From assembly GCA_019752815.1 (NCBI GenBank), contig JAIELQ010000003.1:18722-82721 (forward strand): a stretch of 64,000 nt of DNA. The letters run 5' to 3'. The position numbers and the translations under genes were made by a program. Of the stretch, positions 27,324 through 36,164 are shown piece after piece; the stretch's first letter is position 1, and every line of letters starts with the position of its first letter. Origin of the DNA: Patescibacteria group bacterium. Its GTDB lineage: Bacteria > Patescibacteriota > Minisyncoccia > Phycocordibacterales > UBA918. The notes under the pieces are model-generated. The model did not search any database. It was not told where the DNA came from and was given only the letters and a program-made list of their open reading frames with translations.

Positions 27324-27398
27324 AAACGAGACTCTCCCCACAAAGCCCCATAAGAACCATCGGTTCTTATGGGGCTTTGTTACAATATAATCATCTTT

Positions 27399-28088
27399 AT
27401 GAGTGAAGTTCATTTCGCTATTGCCTTTTTATGCGGACTTATACCCGCGCTTTTTTGGTTATGGTTTTGGTTGCGTGAAGATAAAGCCAAACCTGAACCA
27501 CTATTACTCATTGCGATTACTTTTATTGCGGGCATGGCCGTGGTACCGCTCGCACTTCCCCTACAAAAATACGCGATTGACCTCTACAGTGGTCGAGATT
27601 TAGTGTTGATTTGGGTTATTATTGAAGAAGTACTGAAATACGCGGTAGCGCTGGTAATTATTCTTTGGAACAAAGCAGTGGATGAGCCGATTGATACTGT
27701 GATCTACATGGTTACTTTAGCGCTTGGGTTTGCGGCACTGGAAAACGCCCTCTTCGTACTTAATCCACTCATTGCTGGTGACTATCTTAACTCAGCGCTC
27801 ACCGGCTCGTTTAGATTTTTAGGAGCAACACTACTACATGTACTTGCCTCGGGCACCGTTGGGGTCTTCCTCGCCTTCACGTTTTATAAGAGCACGAGCA
27901 TCAAATTATTATCAGGAACGCTTGGGTTATGCCTGGCTATCGTATTGCATGCTCTCTTTAACTTTTTTATAATGGATGCAAGTGGAGAAACAATCCTCGG
28001 GGTGTTTCTCTTCGTCTGGTTTGGGATAATTGTCTTGTTCCTGCTATTTGAAAAAATTAAACAGATTGAAAAGCGACGCAGCCTTTAA
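27399..28088 (+). CDS. PrsW-family intramembrane protease
   Basis: EEVLKY (EExxK), FAALENALF (FxxxE) and HVLASG motifs in a polytopic membrane protein. Confidence 0.7.
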   Translation: MSEVHFAIAFLCGLIPALFWLWFWLREDKAKPEPLLLIAITFIAGMAVVPLALPLQKYAIDLYSGRDLVLIWVIIEEVLKYAVALVIILWNKAVDEPIDTVIYMVTLALGFAALENALFVLNPLIAGDYLNSALTGSFRFLGATLLHVLASGTVGVFLAFTFYKSTSIKLLSGTLGLCLAIVLHALFNFFIMDASGETILGVFLFVWFGIIVLFLLFEKIKQIEKRRSL

Positions 28089-28096
28089 ATTATATT

Positions 28097-28609
28097 ATGA
28101 AAAAACCATCATTCCTTGAACGACTCACCGGAGCACAAAGTGCAAACGACTATGATCGTATTTTGGATGACGAACATGAATTTGGTTCTGACGACCGAAA
28201 ACAAGATACCTACCACGACGATGACGAGTCCTGGCAAGATGATGCCCATGACCCTGGCGTACCACAAGAAGGAGAACTGCCCGTTGATATGTATCAAACC
28301 AGTGATGCGATTGTGATTCGCGCACTCGTTGCAGGTGTAAGTCCAAATGATCTTGATATCGCTATTACCCGCGATATGGTGACCATCAAGGGAATGCGCG
28401 AGGAATACCAAGAATCATCAGATGACGATTACTTCCACCGCGAACTATTTTGGGGCTCATTTTCTCGCACCCTGGTACTACCAGAAGAAGTAGTAATTGA
28501 CGAAGCAGACGCCCAAGAGAAACATGGAATGTTGGAGATTCGTTTGCCAAAGCTCGATAAGAATAGAAGTACGCAGTTGCGAGTAAAGTCACAAGTGCAC
28601 AAGGCGTAA
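28097..28609 (+). CDS. Hsp20/alpha-crystallin family small heat-shock protein
   Basis: ACD core: VDMYQTSDAIVIRALVAGVSPNDLDIAITRDMVTIKG...GSFSRTLVLPEEV...GMLEIRLPK. Confidence 0.8.
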   Translation: MKKPSFLERLTGAQSANDYDRILDDEHEFGSDDRKQDTYHDDDESWQDDAHDPGVPQEGELPVDMYQTSDAIVIRALVAGVSPNDLDIAITRDMVTIKGMREEYQESSDDDYFHRELFWGSFSRTLVLPEEVVIDEADAQEKHGMLEIRLPKLDKNRSTQLRVKSQVHKA

Positions 28610-28741
28610 ATTTTCCTAAACAGCAGTCATCTACTTTGTTAGACTTCAATAAAATATTATTCACCGTACATTGGGTACGGCTCACAATATTTTTTTCGTC
28701 TGCCGCACATCTGACTACTTTTAAGAAAAATTACATTATAG

Positions 28742-28780
28742 AGAAAAGGCGGTTCCTATCGGAACCGCCTTTTGAGATAT
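28742..28780. terminator. bidirectional terminator (gagaaAAGGCGGTTCCtatcGGAACCGCCTTttgag)
   Basis: 13-bp perfect stem between convergent genes. Confidence 0.6.
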
Positions 28781-28782
28781 CA

Positions 28783-29154
28783 TCACCAACCATCTTTACC
28801 AGCTTCGTATTCACGCAACACTTTATCAGCCTGATCAGCTGGTAGGGGCACAAAGACTTTTTTGCAGCCGAGCGCCTCATCGTGGTACGCAATCGAAAGA
28901 CCAGTTACGGTTGGACTCGTAGTACAGGGCAAGAACCAGTGTTTGGCCGCCCAAGCCCGGACCACCTTGCGCACATCTGTCCAAGCTGTTTCTCCCGAGA
29001 CAGCTTTTTCAAGCTCAGCCAACACTGCATCTTCAACCAAAGAACCGTCCATCGTTTCATCTCCTTTATTTGAACAAAAGGTTACCATAACCTTCCTAAA
29101 AGCAGAAATCCGCCTCAGGAGGCGGATTTCAAGGAAACAGTAACCAAATAGCAC
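28783..29154 (-). CDS. hypothetical GC-rich protein (start uncertain: Met1, Met23 or Met35)
   Basis: ORF with noticeably higher GC than its surroundings. No confident family. Confidence 0.35.
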   Translation of the reverse strand: MLFGYCFLEIRLLRRISAFRKVMVTFCSNKGDETMDGSLVEDAVLAELEKAVSGETAWTDVRKVVRAWAAKHWFLPCTTSPTVTGLSIAYHDEALGCKKVFVPLPADQADKVLREYEAGKDGW

Positions 29155-29246
29155 TATCTTAAAATCCCCCGCCTAGTGCGGATTCTAAATTAAGCAAGCA
29201 GAAACTACTCCAGGTGGTGATAGTGGCAGTGTTCTTCATAGTGTGA

Positions 29247-29741
29247 TTATTGTAGCAGATTGGGGTTGGGGGTGTCTAGGGTAAAATGATCATGATTGTA
29301 AACTTCAAGAAACTTTTTAACGGTCACAAACAGATTTAGTTCTAGGGCTTCTTCTTTTGTAACAAACTTAATATCCATACATTCAGTTGATGGAGTAAAA
29401 TCTAAATTCTCCACTTTTGTTTCAAACAAAACATTTGCCGTCCATGTTCCGTCACTATCTCTTTGGGTTGTTGTAAGGTAGGCCGGCTGTTCAGCTACTG
29501 AAATGACTTCTAGCCCCATCTCTTCTTTTACTTCACGCTTGATTCCCTCTTCAAAATTTTCACCCCAATCTAAACCACCTCCAGGCAACTCCCATTTTCC
29601 ATTATCTTCTTGAGCAAGTAAAAATTTAGTTCTCGTTTCGTCAAATATTAACGCTTTGACACTCAGGCGGTAGTAACCGTTTTTTATTTCCATGTTTAAT
29701 AGTATAGCAAATGCTTGGGGCTTGGGGGCGGGCTCGGTCAC
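29247..29741 (-). CDS. NUDIX hydrolase
   Basis: Nudix box GGGLDWGENFEEGIKREVKEEMGLEV. The first 9 codons are encoded by a tRNA-Phe 3'-end duplicate, so the true start may be the Met at 29693. Confidence 0.75.
   Translation of the reverse strand: MTEPAPKPQAFAILLNMEIKNGYYRLSVKALIFDETRTKFLLAQEDNGKWELPGGGLDWGENFEEGIKREVKEEMGLEVISVAEQPAYLTTTQRDSDGTWTANVLFETKVENLDFTPSTECMDIKFVTKEEALELNLFVTVKKFLEVYNHDHFTLDTPNPNLLQ
29704..29721. repeat. 18-bp direct duplicate of the tRNA-Phe 3' end (tgcttgggggcgggctcg), about 207 bp from the intact tRNA. att-like.
   Basis: Exact match to 29928-29946. An inverted partial copy with an inserted 22-nt hairpin lies at 29853-29895. Confidence 0.6.
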
Positions 29742-29927
29742 GAGTTACTAACCATAATTTATACTTCGTATAAATTCTGCTAAGTACTCTCGACCCCGGC
29801 TCGGCTGTTTCGGCTCTAGGAAGAGCCGAAACATGCCTGTGCCTTTCGAGCCCGCCCCGGACGACGCGCAGGCGTCGTCCTCCCAAGCACATATGAAAAA
29901 ACTCCCCTAAAGGAGTTTTTTCATATG

Positions 29928-30000
29928 TGCTTGGGGGCGGGCTCGAACCGCCGACCCCTTCCTCTTCAGGGAAATGCTCTACCAACTGAGCTACCCAAGC
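29928..30000 (-). tRNA. tRNA-Phe (anticodon GAA)
   Basis: Manual fold: acceptor GCTTGGG/CCCAAGC, anticodon loop CTGAAGA, T-arm GGCGGTTCGAGCCCGCC, discriminator A. A perfect 18-bp palindromic hairpin at 29886-29927 terminates it. Confidence 0.85.
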
Positions 30001-30112
30001 ATGATGTATTGATACTATTGCGGACTATTTTGGCATTGCGGCCTCAATTAGAACGTACCCGCCATTGTACCTGTTTCTTGATTTATTTCAACCAATAGTA
30101 CCAGCATCTCAA

Positions 30113-30406
30113 TTACTGCCCTTGGTACAATTTGAGCGCTTCTTGGAGCATTTGCATGTTTAGGTTACTTTGGGCGTCTCCACCAGTAAAATTGCCTAAA
30201 AAGGCATTATAGAGGTAATAGTAGGCAAATAGTGGCACACCGAGCAAAATCATGTACCAAACGACCTTAAACCAAAATTGCCTAATTTCGCGACGGTTTA
30301 TCGTGTTTAGAAGTTCGTTATTGGCCTTGAGTAATTCCTGGTTTTGCCTGGTGAGGGTCAAAATAGTTTCTTCAGTATCGTTAGTTTGGTTATTATCCGG
30401 ATTCAT
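30113..30406 (-). CDS. hypothetical small membrane protein
   Basis: ORF with a coiled N-terminus and one or two TM segments. Confidence 0.35.
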   Translation of the reverse strand: MNPDNNQTNDTEETILTLTRQNQELLKANNELLNTINRREIRQFWFKVVWYMILLGVPLFAYYYLYNAFLGNFTGGDAQSNLNMQMLQEALKLYQGQ

Positions 30407-30453
30407 ATCTGTACAGTATACCAGAGCAAATTATGCTAAAATGCGCCGATTAC

Positions 30454-30525
30454 GCCCACATAGCTCAATGGATAGAGCTACTCCGTCCTAAGGAGAAGAT
30501 CCTGGTTCGATTCCGGGTGCGGGCA
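30454..30525 (+). tRNA. tRNA-Arg (anticodon CCT)
   Basis: Manual fold: acceptor GCCCACA/TGCGGGC (one A-C mismatch), D-arm TAGCTCAATGGATAGAGC, anticodon loop GTCCTAA, T-arm CCTGGTTCGATTCCGGG. Confidence 0.7.
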
Positions 30526-30540
30526 CGAGTACGCAAATTT

Positions 30541-30578
30541 AAAAAACACTTTTTCTAAGAAAAAGTGTTTTTTAAATT
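30541..30578 (+). terminator. rho-independent terminator (aaaaaaCACTTTTTCtaagaaaaAGTGttttttaa)
   Basis: Perfect hairpin plus T-tract after tRNA-Arg. Confidence 0.7.
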
Positions 30579-30789
30579 TAGAAAGCAAACAGTTTTGCTT
30601 TCGGCTCACTCGTGAGACAGAGTCATGTTTTCTCCTCCTTCCTAGAGGAGAAAACGGACGAGTCCGGGGAGGAAGTGCTTACTATAATTGGAACGAAGTG
30701 AACAATTTTAGTTAGCAACTTGACCCCACATGAACAGTAATTGATGTACTGAGTGATACACGATCATGATGTATCAATTCACAATCTAT

Positions 30790-31215
30790 TTACCGACTAT
30801 ATTCAGAAAAAGCTTTTCCTTGCTTGATTTGTACAAAGAGATTCTGTATTGGTGGGACAATATCGTCGGGTAAATTAGCGAGGTCGCACCATATTCCCTC
30901 ACTCGCCATTTCCGGCTCACCTACACCTGGTTCACCCTCCCACTTTGTCGCTTTAAAATAGAAGTTGACGTATTCATCTCGAATAAAGTCGACATGCAGA
31001 AATTCTAAATCTTCAGGATTAATACTGACACCAGCCTCCTCTTTTGCTTCTTTAATCGCTGACTCAATCACAAAATCTCCTTTATCAACATGTCCAGCAG
31101 GAACAGTAAGTAACCCATCTGACCAACCCGTATTAGCACGTCTCAGCATAAAGATTTTTCCGTCTTTTTCTAACACTATAAACACTGCTGTTCGAGTAAC
31201 GTGACGCTCTGACAT
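30790..31215 (-). CDS. NUDIX hydrolase
   Basis: Nudix box PAGHVDKGDFVIESAIKEAKEEAGV. Confidence 0.75.
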   Translation of the reverse strand: MSERHVTRTAVFIVLEKDGKIFMLRRANTGWSDGLLTVPAGHVDKGDFVIESAIKEAKEEAGVSINPEDLEFLHVDFIRDEYVNFYFKATKWEGEPGVGEPEMASEGIWCDLANLPDDIVPPIQNLFVQIKQGKAFSEYSR

Positions 31216-31279
31216 AAAAAAATAAATTAAAAAATCTCAGAGAGAAGTCTCTAAGATTTTTCCAATAATCAATAATTAC

Positions 31280-31516
31280 TTACACTCCCAACAACTCTTT
31301 TACCTTATCTTCATCAAAACCTACCACCACATCATCACCGATGCGGATTACTGGAACTCCCATTTGACCGGTCATGTCTACCATTTCGGCTCGCTTGTCT
31401 AGGTCACTGGCGACATCATGTTCAGTAAAGGTAATATTGTTTTCGGCAAAAAAGTCTTTGGCCATGTGGCAGAAGTGGCAGACGGGAGTACTGTAGATGG
31501 TTACTGTTTTATCCAT
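31280..31516 (-). CDS. glutaredoxin/NrdH-like redoxin (start set at MDKTVTIY)
   Basis: CHFC active site in a thioredoxin fold (TIYSTPVCHFCHMAKDFF...GVPVIRIGDDVVVGF). Confidence 0.7.
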   Translation of the reverse strand: MDKTVTIYSTPVCHFCHMAKDFFAENNITFTEHDVASDLDKRAEMVDMTGQMGVPVIRIGDDVVVGFDEDKVKELLGV

Positions 31517-31560
31517 AAAAAAATTCGTTAAATAGCTAATTGATACTAGTATAGCAAACT

Positions 31561-31932
31561 TCACCAAAACTTGTACCAGGGTTCATCTTTGGTAGTTTGT
31601 GGCAGAGGTTCTATCTCAGGTTTCTTTTCTTCATCGAGAATAATCACCACCTGCTCACCAGGGCGAGCAACATCAAAGTTGCGTCGCATTTCGGCTTCAA
31701 TTCCCCGCTCATTGCTTAAGTACTCAACTTTTTTTTCGAGATCAGCTCGTCTGTCTTCGAGTTCTTGTAAATGTGCTTCGGCTTCCTCGCGTCTGGCGAC
31801 CATTTCTTGTTCAATGGTGTACCGTTGATACACAACTGACATCATAAATAAGATTATTATACCTAAAATCACTAACGCAATTGGTGAATGAAGCCAACCC
31901 CGCAGGGAACGTTTTTGATAGAATTGCAGCAT
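31561..31932 (-). CDS. septum formation initiator family protein (FtsB/DivIC-like)
   Basis: Single N-terminal TM followed by a coiled coil (EAEAHLQELEDRRADLEKKVEYLSNERGIEAEMR). Confidence 0.55.
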   Translation of the reverse strand: MLQFYQKRSLRGWLHSPIALVILGIIILFMMSVVYQRYTIEQEMVARREEAEAHLQELEDRRADLEKKVEYLSNERGIEAEMRRNFDVARPGEQVVIILDEEKKPEIEPLPQTTKDEPWYKFW

Positions 31933-32120
31933 GTGGTAGGATTATACCATCAAATTAATTATATGAGTTTTCTATATCACAAAAACACCAAGCGAGCGAT
32001 TAAGTATGTTTGGATTGTTATCGCGAGCCTTATTATTTTAAGTATGCTTTTTGCCTACTCAGGCGGCTCCGGAGTTTAAATTGTAATAATTTTGGCTGAT
32101 TACTTTGTTGACCTTCGCTA

Positions 32121-32348
32121 AATTATTCTCACCGTACAGAAAGTACGGCTCCAACAATTTAACTCGGTCGTCGCGTTCTCAACTCAAAATAATTACAATT
32201 TCGTCTTCAACAAAAAACCATCACCTCGGCGACGGTTTTTTGTTTATTTGATAACTCCAAGAGCTTCAAATCGGGCTTATTTTGGTTCAGATACAAGGCG
32301 CGGAAAGAAAATAAGTGGAGCCGTACTTCTTGTACGGTGAGATATATT
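32121..32348. repeat. MITE-like element: ~30-bp terminal inverted repeats (aattattCTCACCGTACagaaaGTACGGCTCC / GGAGCCGTACttcttGTACGGTGAGatatatt) flanking ~165 bp of non-coding DNA
   Basis: Inverted pair of the REP-like hairpin family. Solo copies at 10854, 59464. Confidence 0.6.
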
Positions 32349-32379
32349 TTTCGAACGACAACAAAGCAGACGCTCAAAA

Positions 32380-34170
32380 TTAATCGGATTTCAACATTTT
32401 CATGAAGACTTCGGGGGATATATTCACCCGTGACTTCCCCAACTCCAGCGCCTTCTTCTTACCCTTCTTTTGTTTCTCAAGCAACTTCATTTTTCGCGTA
32501 ATGTCTCCACCGTAGAGGTAGCCGGTTACATCTTTACGAAGTGCTGAGAGTGAGCGTGAGGCAATAATTTTACCGCGCACTTTGGCTTGGATTTTAGTAG
32601 TGAACTGACTGCGGGGCAAGTTGTCATACAATTTATCTACCACTGCCCGAGCGTCAAATTCGGCCCGTCGTTCCCCTACTACACGGGAAAACGCAGTAAT
32701 CAGTTCTTCAGCAACCAACACATCAAGACGTACTACGGACGCTGGGCGCATCTCAGCAATTTCGTACGACAACGATGCATAGCCACTACTCGCGTTTTTA
32801 AGTTTATCAAAAAAGTTCCGCATTAGTTCGCGCAGCGGCATTTCCACCGTCACTAAATTACGTCCATCAGTTAACACTTCGGTTTCTAGAATACCGGCTT
32901 CATGATCAAACAGCAGCGTCATGATATTTCCGACGTGTTCTGGTGGTGAAATAATCTGTCCTAAAATCCACGGTTCACGAACGGTCACTTTTTCACCATG
33001 ATCAGGAAACCGCGAGGCAGCGTAAATTGATTCAACGGTACCGTTATCAAACGTAATTTCGTAGGCAATAGAGGGGGCGGTAATAATAATTTCTAGTGAA
33101 AATTCACGACGAAGACGTTCGGTTACAATCTCCAAGTGCAACATTCCCAAGAACCCACAGCGGAACCCCCGACCGAGCACCCCAGACGATTCTTCTTCGT
33201 ATGACAATGAAGAATCAGACAGTTTCAACCGATCAAGGGCCTGGCGCAAAATCGTAAAGTCGTCTTGGCTATCAGGGAAAATTGATGCCCAAACTACTGG
33301 TCGGGCTGGTGCGTACCCGGGAAGTGCTGGCGCTGGTTTTTTAACGAGGGTCAGGGTATCACCCACGTTTGCTACCCCCGGTTCCTTGATACCAGTGACG
33401 ATGTAGCCGATTTCACCAGCTCTAATACTGTCACACGGGACTTCACCTGGTGTCACCATCCCCACTTCAAGCACAGTAAAGCTTTTGCCCCCGGCTGCAA
33501 AACACAACACGTCACCTTTGCGGACCTCACCATCAAACACGCGCATAAACACAATCACTCCACGATGATTAGAATACGTGAAGTCAAAAATGAGACCACG
33601 ATAGGCATCGAGTTCACTTGGTCGCGGTGCCGGGATACGTTCACAAATGGCTTCGAGCAATTCTGGCACCCCTGCTCCCGTTTTACCCGATACCAACAAA
33701 ATATCTTCGCGTTTGCAACCCAACAGTGCAATCACTGAATCACCAATTTCGGTAGGACGTGAATGTCCCATATCGGTTTTAGTGAGGACCGGAATAATGG
33801 CGAGCCCCTGCTCTTTAGCCATTTGGAGGGTGGTTAGTGTTTGTGCCTGGATACCCTGGGTACTGTCAATCAGGAGAAGCACGCCCTCTACCGCTTTAAG
33901 GGCACGTGACACCTCGTACGAGAAGTCGATGTGCCCAGGGGTATCAATGAGGTTCAATTGGTACTCGACCCCGCCATGCATGTATTTCATGCGTACTGGC
34001 TGCATTTTGATGGTAATACCCCGCTCTCGTTCCAGTTCCATAGAATCGAGCACCTGAGCCTGCATTTTGCGTGCCTCAACGGTACGGGTAGTTTCGAGCA
34101 TACGATCAGCCAGCGTCGACTTCCCGTGGTCGATGTGGGCAATGATACTAAAGTTACGAATTGGTACGTT
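32380..34170 (-). CDS. lepA: translation elongation factor 4 (LepA). Start set at MNVPIRNFSIIAHIDHGKST.
   Basis: GTPase G1 AHIDHGKST. LepA-specific C-terminal domain. About 596 aa. Confidence 0.9.
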   Translation of the reverse strand, partial: NVPIRNFSIIAHIDHGKSTLADRMLETTRTVEARKMQAQVLDSMELERERGITIKMQPVRMKYMHGGVEYQLNLIDTPGHIDFSYEVSRALKAVEGVLLLIDSTQGIQAQTLTTLQMAKEQGLAIIPVLTKTDMGHSRPTEIGDSVIALLGCKREDILLVSGKTGAGVPELLEAICERIPAPRPSELDAYRGLIFDFTYSNHRGVIVFMRVFDGEVRKGDVLCFAAGGKSFTVLEVGMVTPGEVPCDSIRAGEIGYIVTGIKEPGVANVGDTLTLVKKPAPALPGYAPARPVVWASIFPDSQDDFTILRQALDRLKLSDSSLSYEEESSGVLGRGFRCGFLGMLHLEIVTERLRREFSLEIIITAPSIAYEITFDNGTVESIYAASRFPDHGEKVTVREPWILGQIISPPEHVGNIMTLLFDHEAGILETEVLTDGRNLVTVEMPLRELMRNFFDKLKNASSGYASLSYEIAEMRPASVVRLDVLVAEELITAFSRVVGERRAEFDARAVVDKLYDNLPRSQFTTKIQAKVRGKIIASRSLSALRKDVTGYLYGGDITRKMKLLEKQKKGKKKALELGKSRVNISPEVFMKMLKSD

Positions 34171-34319
34171 CATATAGATTAAATATGCCCCCACTTTACC
34201 CGAAAAACCTTCAAATTACTAGTCTTTTCAAATCTATCAGTGAACGTAAATTTTTCTTAAAAGCTGTTAATTAGCTCTTAGGTTGTCAAAAATGCTTCAG
34301 ATGCTAGGCGACCAGGAGC

Positions 34320-34470
34320 GATGACGCGAGCCGTACCTGATGCTTCTTACAGAAGCTGTTCAGGTTGTCGCTCTTTTTTCAAAAGAGCTGGCAACCTCTT
34401 GCGAAAGTCTCCCAAACTTTCTCACGGTGAGTGTCGTCGCGACGCAGGCAACAACGCAGATGAAGTATTT
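34320..34470. repeat. intergenic repeat debris: nested hairpin cctgatGCTTCTtacAGAAGCtgttcagg plus a 33-nt module gttgtcgctcttttttcaaaagagctggcaac shared with 58524-58556
   Basis: The 33-nt block recurs next to tRNA-Gln. A split copy of the REP-like hairpin flanks it. Confidence 0.5.
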
Positions 34471-34481
34471 TTGGCGACCGA

Positions 34482-36158
34482 CTACAATAAATCGGGTTGA
34501 GGTGGGATTATCTCGCGTCTACGCAACCTCCCCTTCAGCGCCACGTAAATTTCATGCATTTCCGGTGAACCTAATAATCGATACGCAATTACCACACCCA
34601 GCAGCCCAAAGACACCAGCAACCGCGCCCTGGATCAATATACCCACAAAAGTATTTTGATTAACACCCTCCACCACAAACAGTAACGTAGCGTACGCAAA
34701 TAGTCCGCCGGTCACCGAAGCAACTACCGCAACGGTAAATGGTTTGGCTAAGCTACGCAACTCCATCCCAAATGTACGGCTCGCAAATATAAGCATTAGG
34801 ACCACCTCAATAATTACACCGAGCGCATACCCCAATGGAAGCATCAAAACCTCTGATCCAGCGACATTTTCCAAACGAAATAATTTTGTAAAAAATATTT
34901 GTGCATTCGGTGAGGAAATAAACCATACGTAAAGTCCATACGCAAACCCTCCTGAAAAAAGTGTTCCAATAAATGTCACGATAAGTGGCAACCGGGTAAA
35001 CCCGCCAGCATAAAACGCTCGCACAATCAGGAGCAAGATACTCTGTGCCAATAACGACACAACGAAGATTGCTAAGGCAGCGGCCGTAAGTCTGGTATCA
35101 GCCCAATCAAACGAACCACTACCGAGCAACACGCGAACTAACTGGGCCCGCAATACAATCACCAACACCACAACCGGCGTCGACCAAAAAATAACATGCC
35201 GCAAAGCAGTGAGTACGTAGGTATTAAACTCTGATTGTTTTTTATCCGCCAACAAGGACGCCAGCGTGGGAAACGCAGCCACTGAATAACTCATTCCGAT
35301 AATTGCTAACGGTACCGATTGTAAGTTATAGGCAAACTGGAGCACTGCCACAGACCCTACCGACATAGTAGTAGCCATCATCACCAGGACCAAGAGCATC
35401 ACCTGACTCAATGAAAGCGTAATTGCTCTCGGTATTGCAACTTGAGCAATAGACCAAATTGTTTTTCTGTTAATAGTAGTTGTAATACAAAAGCGTAAAT
35501 TACTAGTATAGACAAGCGGTAATTGGATAGCACAATGGAATAGCGCCCCAATAACTACGCCGTAGGCTAATCCAGCAATACCAAATACCGGATACAAAAA
35601 AGCCGCGCCAATAATAATTCCGATATTGTACAAAAGCGGAGCAAAAGCATAAATAACAAATCTATGCCCTATCTGAGTAACCACACTGAGTAAACTTGAA
35701 ATCCCTAAGAGTAGTGGTTGCAACAAGAGAATTCGAAGCAGCATCACCGCCTCTGCTTGCGCTTCAGGAGAAAAACCTGGAAACAAATAACTCGAGAGTA
35801 ACGGTGCAACCACAAAGGTAATACCCGCTATCAACACATACCCTAAAAGGAAGAGGGTGAACATCTGACTCAGCACCGCTTGAGCTGCCTGATTGCTTTC
35901 AGTTTGAGCTCTCGTAACGAATGGCAAGAGTACATACACTGACAACACAGAAGCAAACAAGACGAACAGTAAATCTGGGATTCTGAATGCCGCGTAATAG
36001 ATATCGAGTTCTGTTCCCGCCCCAAATTGACTCGCCAGTAACCGATCCCTGACAATCGCCAAAACTTGCGAAGCCAAGGCAAAAAGTGCCAACACGTACG
36101 CCGCTTGGTGCAAGCCGCGAATTTCGCGATAAAACAAGTTCAGAACACGCGTAACCAT
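34482..36158 (-). CDS. murJ: lipid II flippase MurJ (MviN)
   Basis: 14-TM profile. N-terminal LASQVLAIVRDRLLASQFGAGTELDIYYAAFRIPDLLF typical of MurJ. Confidence 0.8.
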   Translation of the reverse strand: MVTRVLNLFYREIRGLHQAAYVLALFALASQVLAIVRDRLLASQFGAGTELDIYYAAFRIPDLLFVLFASVLSVYVLLPFVTRAQTESNQAAQAVLSQMFTLFLLGYVLIAGITFVVAPLLSSYLFPGFSPEAQAEAVMLLRILLLQPLLLGISSLLSVVTQIGHRFVIYAFAPLLYNIGIIIGAAFLYPVFGIAGLAYGVVIGALFHCAIQLPLVYTSNLRFCITTTINRKTIWSIAQVAIPRAITLSLSQVMLLVLVMMATTMSVGSVAVLQFAYNLQSVPLAIIGMSYSVAAFPTLASLLADKKQSEFNTYVLTALRHVIFWSTPVVVLVIVLRAQLVRVLLGSGSFDWADTRLTAAALAIFVVSLLAQSILLLIVRAFYAGGFTRLPLIVTFIGTLFSGGFAYGLYVWFISSPNAQIFFTKLFRLENVAGSEVLMLPLGYALGVIIEVVLMLIFASRTFGMELRSLAKPFTVAVVASVTGGLFAYATLLFVVEGVNQNTFVGILIQGAVAGVFGLLGVVIAYRLLGSPEMHEIYVALKGRLRRREIIPPQPDLL

Positions 36159-36164
36159 AGGTTG

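Noticed and set aside
29641-29985. 114-aa minus-strand ORF (Gly/Pro/Arg-rich)
   Set aside because: It spans the GC-rich hairpin cluster and part of tRNA-Phe. It is a compositional artefact.
34340-34663. 107-aa plus-strand ORF in the lepA-murJ spacer
   Set aside because: It covers the repeat modules and runs antisense into murJ. It has no RBS.
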